Below, one piece after another: positions 20,628 through 31,830 of a DNA stretch of 64,000 nucleotides; the stretch's first letter is position 1; the number at the start of each line of letters is the position of its first letter. The stretch is from the NCBI RefSeq assembly GCF_000372725.1, contig NW_005201421.1:186001-250000 (forward strand), written 5' to 3'. The stretch is from Emiliania huxleyi CCMP1516 (Eukaryota). The notes beneath the pieces were generated by a model. It was not told the origin of the DNA. It was given only the letters and a program-made list of their open reading frames with translations, and ran no database searches. Position numbers and translations under genes: made by a program.

Positions 20628-23244
20628 AGTGGAAAGGAGGATTTCAGGTATAATTCATGTATGGGAGTATGCGAGTACAACACTGCTGAACTGAAATACA
20701 CACGTATTTCCAGTCCAATCACAAGTACACATACTTTAATACTTGATTTTATCTCTTTCAGTGTGTGGGCGAAGTAGCGGAGTAACTGGGAGGCTGCGGC
20801 GCAATACGACGCAATATGGCAGTAGGCGCGGCACGCTAGGACGTATGCAGGTACGCCGGGCGCCTCCCACAGTATGGGTACTGGTGTACTGCATCATACT
20901 TGGGTATGTCGAGCCTTGGAGTATCGCAGTATCTCGGAAGCACCAGTGCAGTATCTGCCAGTATTCTCCAGTATTCTCCAGTATGGCCCAGTACAGCAGT
21001 ATGAGGGGAGGCATCGGGCCAGACAGTGACACAGCAGGTAGCGCGCCTCTGGCTCAATTTTGCTCTTCTTGAAACCGGTGATGCTGCGCAGTTTTGCCAG
21101 GGCCGCCACTGTCCTCGTGTTTGATCCCGACCGAGTGCGCAACGTCGGGAAGCGACACATACGTAATGTGTGCATGTGCATGTGCACATCGAGGGGGAGA
21201 GGTGAGAAGCTGGCAGTAGCTCCAAAGTCGCAATCGTTGGCGTTGGAATGGGACGGCTCGAGCAAATGCATCAATCCCGCAGTGCCGAAGGTAGTGGTAA
21301 CAGGATGTTGTACGGGGGTGCGCACGGCAAGAGTTCTCACGAATGCTGGTGCCGGCTGTAGCATGGCGCTGTGTCAGCACAGGAGTATGTCTGGCCAGGC
21401 AAGCTGAATGTGGACATCTCGTCCCCGTTCCTAAATGAATGAAGAGACCAAACTTTGGAGCCGCTCTTGTCCTGGGCAACGTCCTGTCGCGTTTGCCAGT
21501 CTGCGGTCGCGCTATCTACCAGCCTCGTTCGTTGCACCAAGACGGCAGCCGTGCGCACGAGGTATGTGCGTGAGTCGTTTTTGTGTGTGCGGTTCGGGAA
21601 ACATGCGATTCAATGCGCAGTGGCGCGTCGCCTTTGCTGGAGAGTCGACGGCGGCCTCTCGAGTGGCAAGTCCTCAACATGAAAAAAACAAAAGAAGGAG
21701 GGAAGCAGAGTCTTCAATACCTAAATTTGGGGGGACGCACGAATATGAGGTTTGTGCGACACCTGCATTCGGTCGGCATGCTCGCCCTCGTGGCGGGCAT
21801 GCCCCTGACCTACACCGACCCCTGGAATTGCGACTCGCCGCTTTCCTCCCGCTGTGATTCTGTGTGAGCTCTGTGTCTTGATTTGCCAACAATATACCTA
21901 ATACACCGTGCGGGACTGTGGCACCAGGCGCGGTACACTGTATGACACTGGCTTCCTTCCAAGCACGTTGCAGACGGCTTGGGACAAATACAGCGGCGCG
22001 GTCGGCAACGTCCTGCCGCCCACCAGAAGCGACCACAAGCGGATTGTGTGGTCATCTGCTTGCGTGTGCGATGTGTTGTGGCGCAGATTGCGCTTGTGCG
22101 ATGTGTTGTGGCGCAGATTGCGCTTGCGTCCCAAGCCATTGGCCTGGTGCAGCGCCAGCCCCCCGTTTTCTGATTCAGTCGCGCAGTCGGGGTCTTTTCT
22201 TTTTCCAGGCGCGGTCGGGCACTTGGGGTGCGGCGCGACTTGCACTAGTGCGCGTTCCGTGGGGCTTGGCGACAGAGCGATCGCCGTGCTGTGGATCATC
22301 GGGGCACAAATCCACAAAGGCCTCTCCTCCCTCCGCGTTGCGACGAGCTCAGCCACAAGTACGACGGTTGCGGACTGCGCATTCTGGGGACGGTGGACAC
22401 AATCCATTGGTTCATCCCGTCTGGTGCGTCCCGTCCTAGCACCCCTGCTCGATCGCCGTGTTCCGCCACCACCCACGAGAGTCACATCTCATGAGTCACA
22501 CCTCGCCACAGTCAAACTCGCATCAGTGGGAGTGGGAAGAGGCGGCGTGGTGGCTCTGCGTGTGCGTGGGCGCGCGCGCACCTGCAACCACAACCTGTTT
22601 GTGATGCCGCTGCAGGATAGGCCGGCCTCTTCAGGATGCCTCGTTGCCTCTTTAGGACTGCCCATCGACGAGCGCTGGATCAATCCATTGAGCAAGGACC
22701 GCCCAGCAGCAGTTGCAGTATGCGGCCGGCATTAAGCTAGCTAGCCCTTGCAAGGCCAGGTGCGCCGCCGAGCGCCGCTGCTAGCAGTTGCAACCTGGGA
22801 GTGTGAGTTCTGGCTCCGGGTGCTCTAGTGAGTCTGGCAGCCGAGTGGTAGATCCCGCCGCAGCACTGCACATGCACCAGTATGGAGCAGTATTCTCCAG
22901 TATTCTCCAGTATGCCCCAGTACAGCAGTACGGATGGAGCTGTGATGCAGTATCCAAGTATGATTACTTCGCCGTATTGGGATATGGTGCGCATGTGAGG
23001 TACAGCAGTAAGGGGAGGTATCTCATGCAGTATTGCAGTATGATGAGACTGCATGTCGCGTATCAGGCTGTACCCACGTACCGGTTGCGCTGGCTCGGTG
23101 TACGGGAGTGGGGATATCTGACCAAACTAGAGGAACGCATCAGGGCAGCTATGGCAATATTGGCGGCTATTCTTGCAATATTGTAGTACGACACAGACGC
23201 GGCGAGATAAAAATACCTCATATCTGAGATCCTTCTATCCACTG
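20628..23244. mobile_element. Degenerate TIR element with CAGTA-rich subterminal blocks and non-transposase interior
   Basis: Imperfect inverted ends AGTGGAAAGGAGGATTTCAGGTAT (20628-20651) vs revcomp of 23220-23243 AGTGGATAGAAGGATCTCAGATAT (20/24); shared CAGTATTCTCCAGTATTCTCCAGTATG.CCCAGTACAGCAGTA at ~20959 and ~22888; no TSD. Confidence 0.45.
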
Positions 23245-23521
23245 AGGTTCTCATGTCACAAAAAAAAGTACACGTGGTAATGTTTGTTCATCGGCGGGTA
23301 GGGTGCTTTTTGGGGTACCTCTCCTACAGCCACATTAGCGGCGCGCAAACATCAGTCCTCACCTCCCTCTCCCGCGCGCACGCATCGCAGCCAAACATAA
23401 CACATCGCAAGTCGGGCCTCACCAACGAAGACATACGGGGCATGCACACGTACACGTAAACGCAATCAACCAGGGCGCGCCTTCGCTCTCGACGCTCAGC
23501 CTCGCGCCGGCTCGACAGCCT

Positions 23522-26500
23522 CTAAGCCACCGGCGCCTCGAAGCCGTGCTTGACAAACTTGCCCGCGTGGCCAGGCTTCATCCCCACGCCCTCCGCCACC
23601 GCCGCCCGCTCCGCCGCGTTCATCTGGAGCAGGTAGCCGAGGTCGTCGAACCTGCGTCTCGGGGTGATCTCGGGTGATCTCTGGTGATCTACGGTGATCT
23701 CGGGGTGATCTCTGGCGAGCTCGGGTGATCTCGGGCAAGTCTAGCGCCGCAGGTTGCACCCCTGCTCGTCGAACGCCGCCGCGTAGCGCTCCAGCCCGAC
23801 GCCCTCGAGCGCTCGCTCGACGGCCGGCATGCCGAGGGGCGGGCGCGCCGCTGGTGGTGGAGCGGCCGGGGGCGGGGACGAGGCAGGCGGTGGTCCCGCC
23901 TAGAGGACGGGCTCCGAGAATTGGTCGGGGAAGAGGCGCCAGAGAGGCGCGCTTGCAGGCTCGACCCGCCGCCCGCCAGCGCCTCGTGTGAAGGGAAGCG
24001 CATCTCCGCGCCGGATCTCGGCGAATCTCGACTAATCTCGGCGGATCTCGCCTGCAGCTCGTGGAAGAGGTCCTCCAGCGGCACCGCCTCCTCCTCCTCG
24101 CCGTCCTCGTACGCCACGCCAAAGGTGCCTGTTCACAGCTGCAGGTGTGAACCGCGTCTCTTCACAGCTCGTACGCCACACGCCAGAGGTGCCGTCGTTG
24201 TTGACGGACGTCACCTCGCCGCGGTACCTGCACAAGAAAAGGGGAGGGGACGGTCAGGGAGGGGCGGGGCTCCCCCCTCTTGGCCCTCGGCGGCAGCGGC
24301 ACCAGCGAGACACGTCCGAGAAGTAAACCGCCACCGCAGCGCCCTCGAATGCGTCGGCAGCGGTGAGCGGCCCGCCCGGCCGAGCCTCCTCCTCCTCCTC
24401 CCCCTCCTCCTCGCCCTCCCCCTCCTCCTCGCCCTCCGGCTCCGCCTGCCCCACCGCCCGCGCGTAGGCCACCGCCGCCTCGACCGCCGTGTCGAAGGTG
24501 CCGAGCGAGGCCGCCCGCCTGCCCACCTTGCGCTGCGCCTCGAAGCGGCCAGTACGCGGCTCGCGCACGCCCTTGTAGCCGGTGCTGTTGCTGCTCGAGA
24601 GGTGCAGCCGCAGCCCCTCCGCCTCCGCCGCCGGCTGCTGCAGCGCCTCGACGGCGGCGGGTGGCGTGGCGGGAGCCTTGGCGGGAGCCTTGGCGGGAGC
24701 CTTGGCGGTCGGTTTGGCGCGCGGCGCGGTGGTGGGTGCCAAGCCACCGCCAACGTACGTCTCGCCGGTCGGCATGCGGACGGGCACGCGCGAGCTGCGA
24801 CGGGAGGCGGACTCCTTCCCCTCCTCCTCCCCCTCCTCCTCGTCCACCTCCTCGTCGTCCGCCTCCTCCCCGTCCACCTCCTCGTCGCCGTCGTCCGCAC
24901 CCTCCTCCTCCTCCTCCTCCTCCTCCTCCTGCTCCTGCTCCTCCTCCTCCTCGCCCTCCTCTTCCTCCTCCTCCTCCTCCTCCGCCGCCGCCGCCGCCGC
25001 TGCCTCCGGCGGCGGCGTGCCGGGAGGCGTGCCGGGGGCCTCCCCTTCCTCCGCCTGTGCCTCCTCCTCCGACTCCGCCGCCGCGGCGCGCCGAACGCCC
25101 GCCTGCTCTTCGTTGACGTACGCGCTCTGCTTCTCGCTCCACGAGCACCCGTGCGGAGGTCTGCCTCTCGGTTTGGCGCCCCGCTTCGGCACCCCCTTCT
25201 TGGCGAGCTTCGACTTCTTGCTCCCCAACGGGCGGCCGCGCTTCTTCTCCCCGCCGCCTCGCTGCGCTGCTGCCGGCTCTGCCGCCTCCATCGATGCTGA
25301 AGACGCCTCGTCGTCGCGCGGCCGCTTCCGCGCCCTCACGTGCACGCGTGGCACCTGCTCCCAGCTGTCGCCGTCTTCGTACTCGAGGGAATACGTGCCG
25401 TCCGCCTGTTCAGAGCCGGAGGTGTGAAGAGGCGCTGCTCGCGGCAGGGCGGTCGGTCTGCGGCATCAGAGGCGCGTTGACGGCGCGGACGACGGCGCGG
25501 TACCACTTGTCGAGCACGCCGCCCGTCTTGCCCTCGTCGTCGGGGCCAAACTTGCCCAGCACCGCATCTCCGACTCCAAACTTCATGGCAGCCTCTGGCG
25601 GCGGCGCCGCCGCATGCTGCTGTGGCACCGCCTCCTGCGCGGCCGGCAGCAGCAGCTTCTCGGCGAACTCGAGCTGCGACTCGTCGCCCTGCAAAGAGGG
25701 CTCCGCCACGAAGCGAGCGGGCACCGAGCGGTGCCGCCCGCTGCTGCGCTGCGCGGAGTCTCGGCGGGCGGCGGCAGAAGCGACGTTCTCACCCGCCACG
25801 CCCGCCTCGCCCCCCTCGTTCTCCTCGCCCTCCTCGCCCTCCTCATCCGCCTCCCCCACTGCCCGCGCGTACGCCACCGCCGCCTCCACCGCTGAGCCGA
25901 AGGAGCCGAGGCTCCTTCCGCCCACCTTGTGCCGCGCATGGAAGCGGCCGGTACAGCGGGTGGTCTTCGACACGCCTGCGTACCCGGTGCTGCTACTGCT
26001 TGACAGGTGCAGGCGCAAGCCCTCCGCCTCCGCCACCGGCGCCTCGCCCACCTCCTCAGCCTGGGCACCCGCTGCGAAGGAACCGACGCCGCCAGAGCCA
26101 ACCCAGTCGCCTCGGCGCGCCTCGCTATCGCTGATGAGCCACTTGCTCGCGATCGCGTGCGGCACCCAGTGCGAGTAGTTGTCCGAGCCGTACCTGAGCC
26201 AAATTTTGCCGCCGGCGCTGACGCTGCTGCATCGCGCCAGGTAGAACCCCGCCTCGACCTGGAAGAATGAGGTTGGCACGGCGAGGAATCGGCCCTTGAG
26301 GTCCACCGGAGTATTGGCGGCCAGCGCCAAGGCGTCCTCCAGCTCCTGCCGATCGAGGTCCTCTTCATCACCGTCGTCGTGACGCACGCGGTAGAGCGCC
26401 TCTTCTTGGCCGTCGGCCGGGGCCCACGCACTCACGACGCCTCCGACGTTAACGCCTTCAAAGCGGCGCGTGACTCGCTTGCCGATGTGCTCACAGCCGT

Positions 26501-26522
26501 GGTGGGCAAAGGCCATTTGCAA
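23522..26522 (-). CDS. Multi-exon chromatin/DNA-binding protein: 3 Tudor-like domains, 2 AP2-like domains, AT-hooks, acidic tract, C-terminal SAM-like domain
   Basis: AP2-like EAEGLRLHLSSS.STGY.GV...GRF.A...VG....LG.F..AVEAAVAYARAVG twice; Tudor-like GKRVTRRF...LYRVRHDDGDEEDL, WYRAVVRAVN/ADGTYSLEYEDGD, YRGEVTSVNNDGT/FGVAYEDGEEE; KKRGRP, KPRGRPP; LERYAAAFDEQG/FDDLGYLLQM...GMKPGH, stop TAG 23522-23524; 5' end uncertain. Confidence 0.75.
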
Positions 26523-26800
26523 TGTGATTGCCGTCCGGGGTTCGGGCTTTTGCGGGGTAAGGTATGGTGCGCCCCACCCCCGAGCCCCACCGCGCCAGCC
26601 GCCTTCCTGGTCACTGCGGCTCTAGGATGGTGGGAAGGCACGATCGTGGAGAATAATGAAGTCCAGCAGTGTGGTGCCACGGCACTGCCGTGCGTCGTGC
26701 TGTGCGAGCGAGTTGTTTCGACCTTCTCTCGGCTTTGTTGTGAAATTCGGTGTGGAAGTTCGTCCGTCGTTCGTCCCTCGGCGATGCTGGTTTACTCGCC

Positions 26801-27928
26801 ATGCTGCTCATGGCAGTATTAGCGCGTCCGAGCCTCGACGTGTGGTACGGGCCCAACCCTTTTCAGCACACGACCAGCCTGCGCTCTGGACACAGTCGAG
26901 ATCTGCGGGCGCGGCCTGACTTCTACCCCAACGTCTTGCAGCCAGCAATGAGCTGGCCTGATCTCGCCAAGCGCACGGGTGTCTTCAAGATCTTCCTGGA
27001 CATGCTGTACACAGGCATCAGCACCGATGCTCAGCTGATTGGGCTGATCGGGGTGGTCCAGCAGCTAGGGCTGCGCACTGGCATCGAGGTCGGCGGTGCG
27101 AGGTGGGGCGCGGGCCGCTGCAATCTCACCACCGCCCTCGCCTACGCGACCATCGAGCAGCGAGATGTTGCCCGCTGGCTTTCGCTCGGTGGAAGGATCG
27201 ACTCGCTGTCAACAGACCACGCCGACGTCTGGAACGTGCGTGGGGGTTCGGGCCCGCTCTGCGAGCCACCCATCCCGATGGCGGACCGCATCGAGGTGGT
27301 CGCTCAGGTGTTCGCAAGCTGGCGTCGCTTCCTTGGTGCGGAGGCGTCGCTGGGGTTCATCGAGTCGCTCGGCTTCTGGGACATCGAGGGGCCCGATGGC
27401 AAAAGCTACAAGAACACCGAGCCGGCCGTCTTCAGCAAGATCGATGGATGGATCCCGCGGCTGGAGGATGTAACGTCGAGGCTGCTGGACGCTGCGAAGC
27501 GGCACAACCCGGTGCCTGGGACGCCCCTGCTCGACCACTACCTGATCGACTATGGCCTCGAAGGGGTGGAGTACGACACGCACACGTACGGGCCTTCGCC
27601 CACCGGCGGGCTCAACTACGGCCGTGTACTTGGCGCCGAGGCCATCATGCACCGTCACGGGCTGCGCACCGGCGTGATGATGAACGCTTTTGCCGACCGC
27701 AGCCTCGATTGCTCGGCTGCATTCGCCAGATGCTCCGCGTCCGCGGCCTTGCGCACCCTGGAATACACGCAGGGGTACATGCGTCTGCCTAGCCGGCTAA
27801 GCGAACACGCGGTGCTCGAGCAGTGGCAGCCGCACCCGAACACCACGGGCCCCGCGTCCCTGCCGTACTCTGGCATGTGGATGGCGAGCGCTGGTGCAGC
27901 AGCTGTGAGGCCTTCGCTTGTGCCTTGA
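26801..27928 (+). CDS. Intronless hypothetical protein, possibly secreted
   Basis: 375-aa ORF with coding-like codon use and globular composition; short hydrophobic N-terminus; no family recognised. Confidence 0.7.
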   Translation: MLLMAVLARPSLDVWYGPNPFQHTTSLRSGHSRDLRARPDFYPNVLQPAMSWPDLAKRTGVFKIFLDMLYTGISTDAQLIGLIGVVQQLGLRTGIEVGGARWGAGRCNLTTALAYATIEQRDVARWLSLGGRIDSLSTDHADVWNVRGGSGPLCEPPIPMADRIEVVAQVFASWRRFLGAEASLGFIESLGFWDIEGPDGKSYKNTEPAVFSKIDGWIPRLEDVTSRLLDAAKRHNPVPGTPLLDHYLIDYGLEGVEYDTHTYGPSPTGGLNYGRVLGAEAIMHRHGLRTGVMMNAFADRSLDCSAAFARCSASAALRTLEYTQGYMRLPSRLSEHAVLEQWQPHPNTTGPASLPYSGMWMASAGAAAVRPSLVP

Positions 27929-28034
27929 GTGAGACCCGTATCTAGATAGGATAGCGCCAGTTAAATTGAAAAAACTGTCAAGCCCGAAGTGGAGAGCGGA
28001 GACTCCTCGAGGGAGACTCCGCCAGAGCGTTATC

Positions 28035-28289
28035 CCTGGTGTGGACGGTTTTTTTCGCGGTATCCGCGGCGGGATATGGCGGGATATGGCGGGATATGGC
28101 GGGATATGGCGGGATACCGGGAGATACCGGGAGATACCGGGAGATACGAGATACGGGCGGATACGGGCAGATACGGGCAGATACGGGGAGATACGGGAAG
28201 ATGCGATGAGATGCAAGGAGATACGGGGAGATACGGTCAGATATTGCAGAGATACATCAAGATACCGCAAAAAAACCGTCCGCACTAGG
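28035..28289. mobile_element. MITE-like element with internal 10-bp GGGATATGGC / GGAGATACGG repeats
   Basis: Inverted ends CCTGGTGTGGACGGTTTTTTTCGCGGTATC vs revcomp CCTAGTGCGGACGGTTTTTTTGCGGTATC; no clear TSD. Confidence 0.65.
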
Positions 28290-28572
28290 CTCTAGGGCTA
28301 GCGTTGGCCGTTGCAGACCCGACACAAACAATCTCTCTCTCTCTCTCTCCAGACCCGCCCCAAGCACACCTGGGGCCGTGTCTAACCACCTATCTCGACG
28401 GACGACGGTGTGCAAAGCGCCGACCCGCGCGGCGTGCCCTGTATGCTCAATATTCGGACGTTGTTTTTTTTCGGGCTCCTTGCACCAAATTGGGCGCGGG
28501 CTCGTGCGTCCTTGTGTTGTGCCTTTCTCTGATCAAGGATTCCGGCAGTCGTCCTGGTTGCGCTGCCGAGCC

Positions 28573-30096
28573 ATGATCGCCGCGCGACCAGCGTCGCTCC
28601 GCCTGAGCGCCTCAAGCAGAGCGGCATGCGAAAGGGACGTTCCGCGCACCGCCGAGTCTGCCACCGCCGAGTCAAGGAAACGCCGCGCCCTGCGATCCTA
28701 TGTCCTCTGTGGCGCAGTCAACGGCATGCTGGTGGGCGGTATCGGACCGTGCCTGGAGGATATCGGCGATGACACAGGGCTCGACGCCAAGGGACAAAGC
28801 ATCCTGATCCTGACCAACAGGTTGGCCAAACTGTGCGGCCTGTTTGCGTGGACTGGCGTGGCGATACTAGTCCGGCGCTGCAAGGCGCGAGGCCAGCCGC
28901 CGACGATTGCGCCGCATCAGTTGCTGGCCATCAGCATGGCGATGGCGTGCGCCGCCAACTGTGCCCTCTATCAGGTGCGGTCGTCCGCAAGAGTGGTGCA
29001 GGCCGCCCTCGCCCTCTTGGGCGTCTCGTATGGCATCACTGACAGCGGCATGACCCTTCTGACAATGTGGGCCCTCACCGACGGAACCGCCCAGAGGACC
29101 GCCATCGCGATGCTGAACGCTGGGTTTTCCGTCGGGGCGACGCTCGCTCCTCTCTGCGTTGCGCTCTCCCTGAAAACCTTCGGCACGCCCTACCTCTCCT
29201 TTGCCGCCTCTGCCGGGCTCGCGCTGGCTGCAGCAATCGCGGTGCTCTGCTCAGGCTCCGCCGCCTCCACAATGGCCACTGTGCCGGTGTACAACAGCCG
29301 CTCGGTCGCCACCGAAAACCTCGCCGCCGCCACGCCCGGGCAGCCTGCGTACAGCCGACTGTTCATCGCCGGCATGTCGCTCGTTCTCTTCTTTGTGACG
29401 GGGACCGAGCACGCCGTCGGGACGTGGCTGCCATCTTTTGGTCACGCGGCGGGCGTGCCGCGCGAGATGATGGCCCTCGTCATCATGGGCTTCTGGCTCG
29501 GCATCCTCTGCGGCCGCCTCGCGTGGGCCGGCCTGTCGAGCAGGCTCTCCTCGGGCTGGCCGGTGCTCGCCGCCAGCCTGACGATCGTGGTGGCGTCCCT
29601 CGGGGTCGTCTGGTACTTTCTGGCCGCCGCGCCGGTGCCGCTTGCGGTCCTCTGGATCGGCACGATCGGCATATCGATCGGGTACGCGCCCGCGATCCCA
29701 TGCAGCTACTCGCTGCCCGCCGAGGCGAGCGTGCAGAGCACTCCGCTCCGCGTGCTCAGCCTCAACCTCGGAGGCAGCGCGGGAGAGACGGCGGTGCCGG
29801 TCCTGCTCGGCCTCGTCTTCGAGGCCGGAGCGGGCGCCTTTGGGATGACGATCTTGCTGCCCGCCTTGGCCTTGCTCGTCCTCGGCCTCCTCTGGATCGT
29901 GGTGTATTGCGGGCGCGCCGAACGAGCTGGCGCCCACCACCCGGCGCCAGGGTCGTGGACCTGGTCAGCTTCAAAGAGCTGTGCGGTAATGCAGGAGCTG
30001 TCGAAGGCCAAGGGGCGGGAGGCGGCGATTGTCTGCTCGTCGGGAAGCTGCGACGCCGCCTCGAGCCAAGGCTTGGCGTTGAGCTTGCCAATCTGA
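28573..30096 (+). CDS. Major facilitator superfamily transporter (MFSD4/FucP-like)
   Basis: About 12 hydrophobic segments; GGIGPCLEDI, LNAGFSVGATLAP, FFVTGTEHAVGTWL, FWLGILCGRL, GGSAGETAVPVLLG. Confidence 0.85.
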   Translation: MIAARPASLRLSASSRAACERDVPRTAESATAESRKRRALRSYVLCGAVNGMLVGGIGPCLEDIGDDTGLDAKGQSILILTNRLAKLCGLFAWTGVAILVRRCKARGQPPTIAPHQLLAISMAMACAANCALYQVRSSARVVQAALALLGVSYGITDSGMTLLTMWALTDGTAQRTAIAMLNAGFSVGATLAPLCVALSLKTFGTPYLSFAASAGLALAAAIAVLCSGSAASTMATVPVYNSRSVATENLAAATPGQPAYSRLFIAGMSLVLFFVTGTEHAVGTWLPSFGHAAGVPREMMALVIMGFWLGILCGRLAWAGLSSRLSSGWPVLAASLTIVVASLGVVWYFLAAAPVPLAVLWIGTIGISIGYAPAIPCSYSLPAEASVQSTPLRVLSLNLGGSAGETAVPVLLGLVFEAGAGAFGMTILLPALALLVLGLLWIVVYCGRAERAGAHHPAPGSWTWSASKSCAVMQELSKAKGREAAIVCSSGSCDAASSQGLALSLPI

Positions 30097-30478
30097 CGAG
30101 GCACAGGCAACGAGTCGGCAGGCTGACATCACTGTTTATTGTACGTCCATGTCCATGACTATCGTCTGTTGGAGGGCTCTCTGCGCGGTGAAGCGTCGGC
30201 GCGCACGGCTGGCTGTCTGGTGTCTCTCTCGCAGACATGCTGGCAGACGCCAGCCTCGCCAGGGACCCCGAGCGGATCCCCAGCCGCGTCGTGGTGCTCT
30301 CTCTCTCTCTGCTCTACTGCTGGCGTCTGGGTCGCGTCTCTCTCGCGCTCGGACGCTCAGCTGAGACAGGAGACACTCTTCTCTACGCTCGTGTAGCTAC
30401 TCTAGCTTCTCCCCTCTCCCTCTCCCTCTCTCTCAAAAATGTACACATTTTGCGTCTATTTATTGAGATATTGTTGTT

Positions 30479-30520
30479 TACCCATCTCCTAGTAGAGGTG
30501 TCCGTTTTATTTATTTATTT
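30479..30520 (+). repeat. Short copy of a dispersed repeat ending in (TTTA)n
   Basis: TACCCATCTC..AGTAGAGGTGTCCGTTTTATTTATTTA, also at ~40835-40878 and diverged at ~38412-38456. Confidence 0.7.
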
Positions 30521-30673
30521 TATTGATATTGTTTCGAGCTGCCGAAATTTCAGTATCGTGGAAATGTACATAACGTGCGGCTCTGATCACAGCCCACTCT
30601 GTCGTCTGTGCCAGGAAGGCAGGCGGGATGCCAGACCGTTGCTCGCGGCACTCACGCCTGAGCCGCACTCTCT

Positions 30674-31618
30674 TCATTTCAAGCGCGCCACTGCGATGCC
30701 GACGCTGACGGCCGCGGCCAAGAGCATGGTCGAGGCGCCGGCCAGGGTCAGCGCCGTTCTCCTCGCTCCGCGCAGGCGCACGCTCTCGAGCAGCCAGGCC
30801 GCGGACCGCGCCACCGGGCTCTGTGCCGAGGCGGTGAAGGCTCTCGCAAAGGCGGGCGGCGCACCCTCCCCGACCAGTGGCTGGCCCGCGGAGCTCGCGC
30901 GGAGCAGGTCCGAGAAGAAGGCGAGCGTCAGGCCCCAGAGCTCGTACTCCGACCGGCGAGGGTCCGAGGGCGGGAGCGGCGCCGCCGCCGCCGCGTGAGG
31001 GTCGCCGGCCGCGCCGGCGCCGGTCTCCGCAGCCGGCGGCGGGAGCGGGATCGCTGCAAAGAAGAGGGTGTCCAGGCGGAGAGCGCGCAACAGCGAGGCC
31101 GCGAGCGGGATGGTCGTGCGGAGGAGAGCGCTCGTGTCCACGGCCCTCCACTCTAGGTTGGCCGAGTGAATGACGGCGGTGTCGACCCACCAGGCGGCGG
31201 CGACTTCGGTCGGCTGCAGCGTCAGCGCGACGTGGGACTCGCCGCCCTCGGAGCGGGCCGCGAAGCCGTACATGGCCACCGCCAGCGACTTTGGCCCGCC
31301 TCCGGCGATCCGGTCCTCGACAAGCCGGCCAAGCCGTTCCCAGTGCGGCGTCCGCAGGTCGAGGCCAGTCTCCTCGAGCGTCTCGCGAATCGCAGTCGCC
31401 TCGTCATCGCCGCCGTCGGCCGCGTCCTGCCGGCCGCCGGGCAGAGCGACGTTGCCACTCCACGGGTCCCGAGGGTTGACGGCGCGCCGGATGAAGAGGA
31501 CCTGCTCCCGCCCCTGGTGCGTGCGGAAGACGGCGGCGATGGCCGCTCTTCGGCCAGGCGAAGCGTCGCGCCGGCGACCGTGGACGCCGTTTCTCCGCAG
31601 CGCCTCGACGAATCGCAT
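30674..31618 (-). CDS. Nudix hydrolase, CoA pyrophosphatase-like (NUDT7/8, Pcd1 family)
   Basis: RRAAIAAVF...VLFIRRAVNPRDPWSGNVALPGGRQD...DEATAIRETLEETGLDL (Nudix box with CoA-pyrophosphatase upstream motif); LWGLT. Confidence 0.9.
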   Translation of the reverse strand: MRFVEALRRNGVHGRRRDASPGRRAAIAAVFRTHQGREQVLFIRRAVNPRDPWSGNVALPGGRQDAADGGDDEATAIRETLEETGLDLRTPHWERLGRLVEDRIAGGGPKSLAVAMYGFAARSEGGESHVALTLQPTEVAAAWWVDTAVIHSANLEWRAVDTSALLRTTIPLAASLLRALRLDTLFFAAIPLPPPAAETGAGAAGDPHAAAAAPLPPSDPRRSEYELWGLTLAFFSDLLRASSAGQPLVGEGAPPAFARAFTASAQSPVARSAAWLLESVRLRGARRTALTLAGASTMLLAAAVSVGIAVARLK

Positions 31619-31830
31619 ATTTTGGCTGGCTTCGGGTGGCCCGCGGAGCGGCTGCTGTCACCTCCCTCACCGTGCTGGCGGGCCGCGGATTTTTCTTTTT
31701 CGTTTTTCTTTGTTTTTTCCTGTTGGCACCAGTCGCCTCCCGAGTCGTTTCGTCTTTTTTCTTTTTGAATTTTGGCGGCTCTTTCCTGGAAGCTCTGGTT
31801 CCCCACACCACACTGCACCCGGCAGACGGG

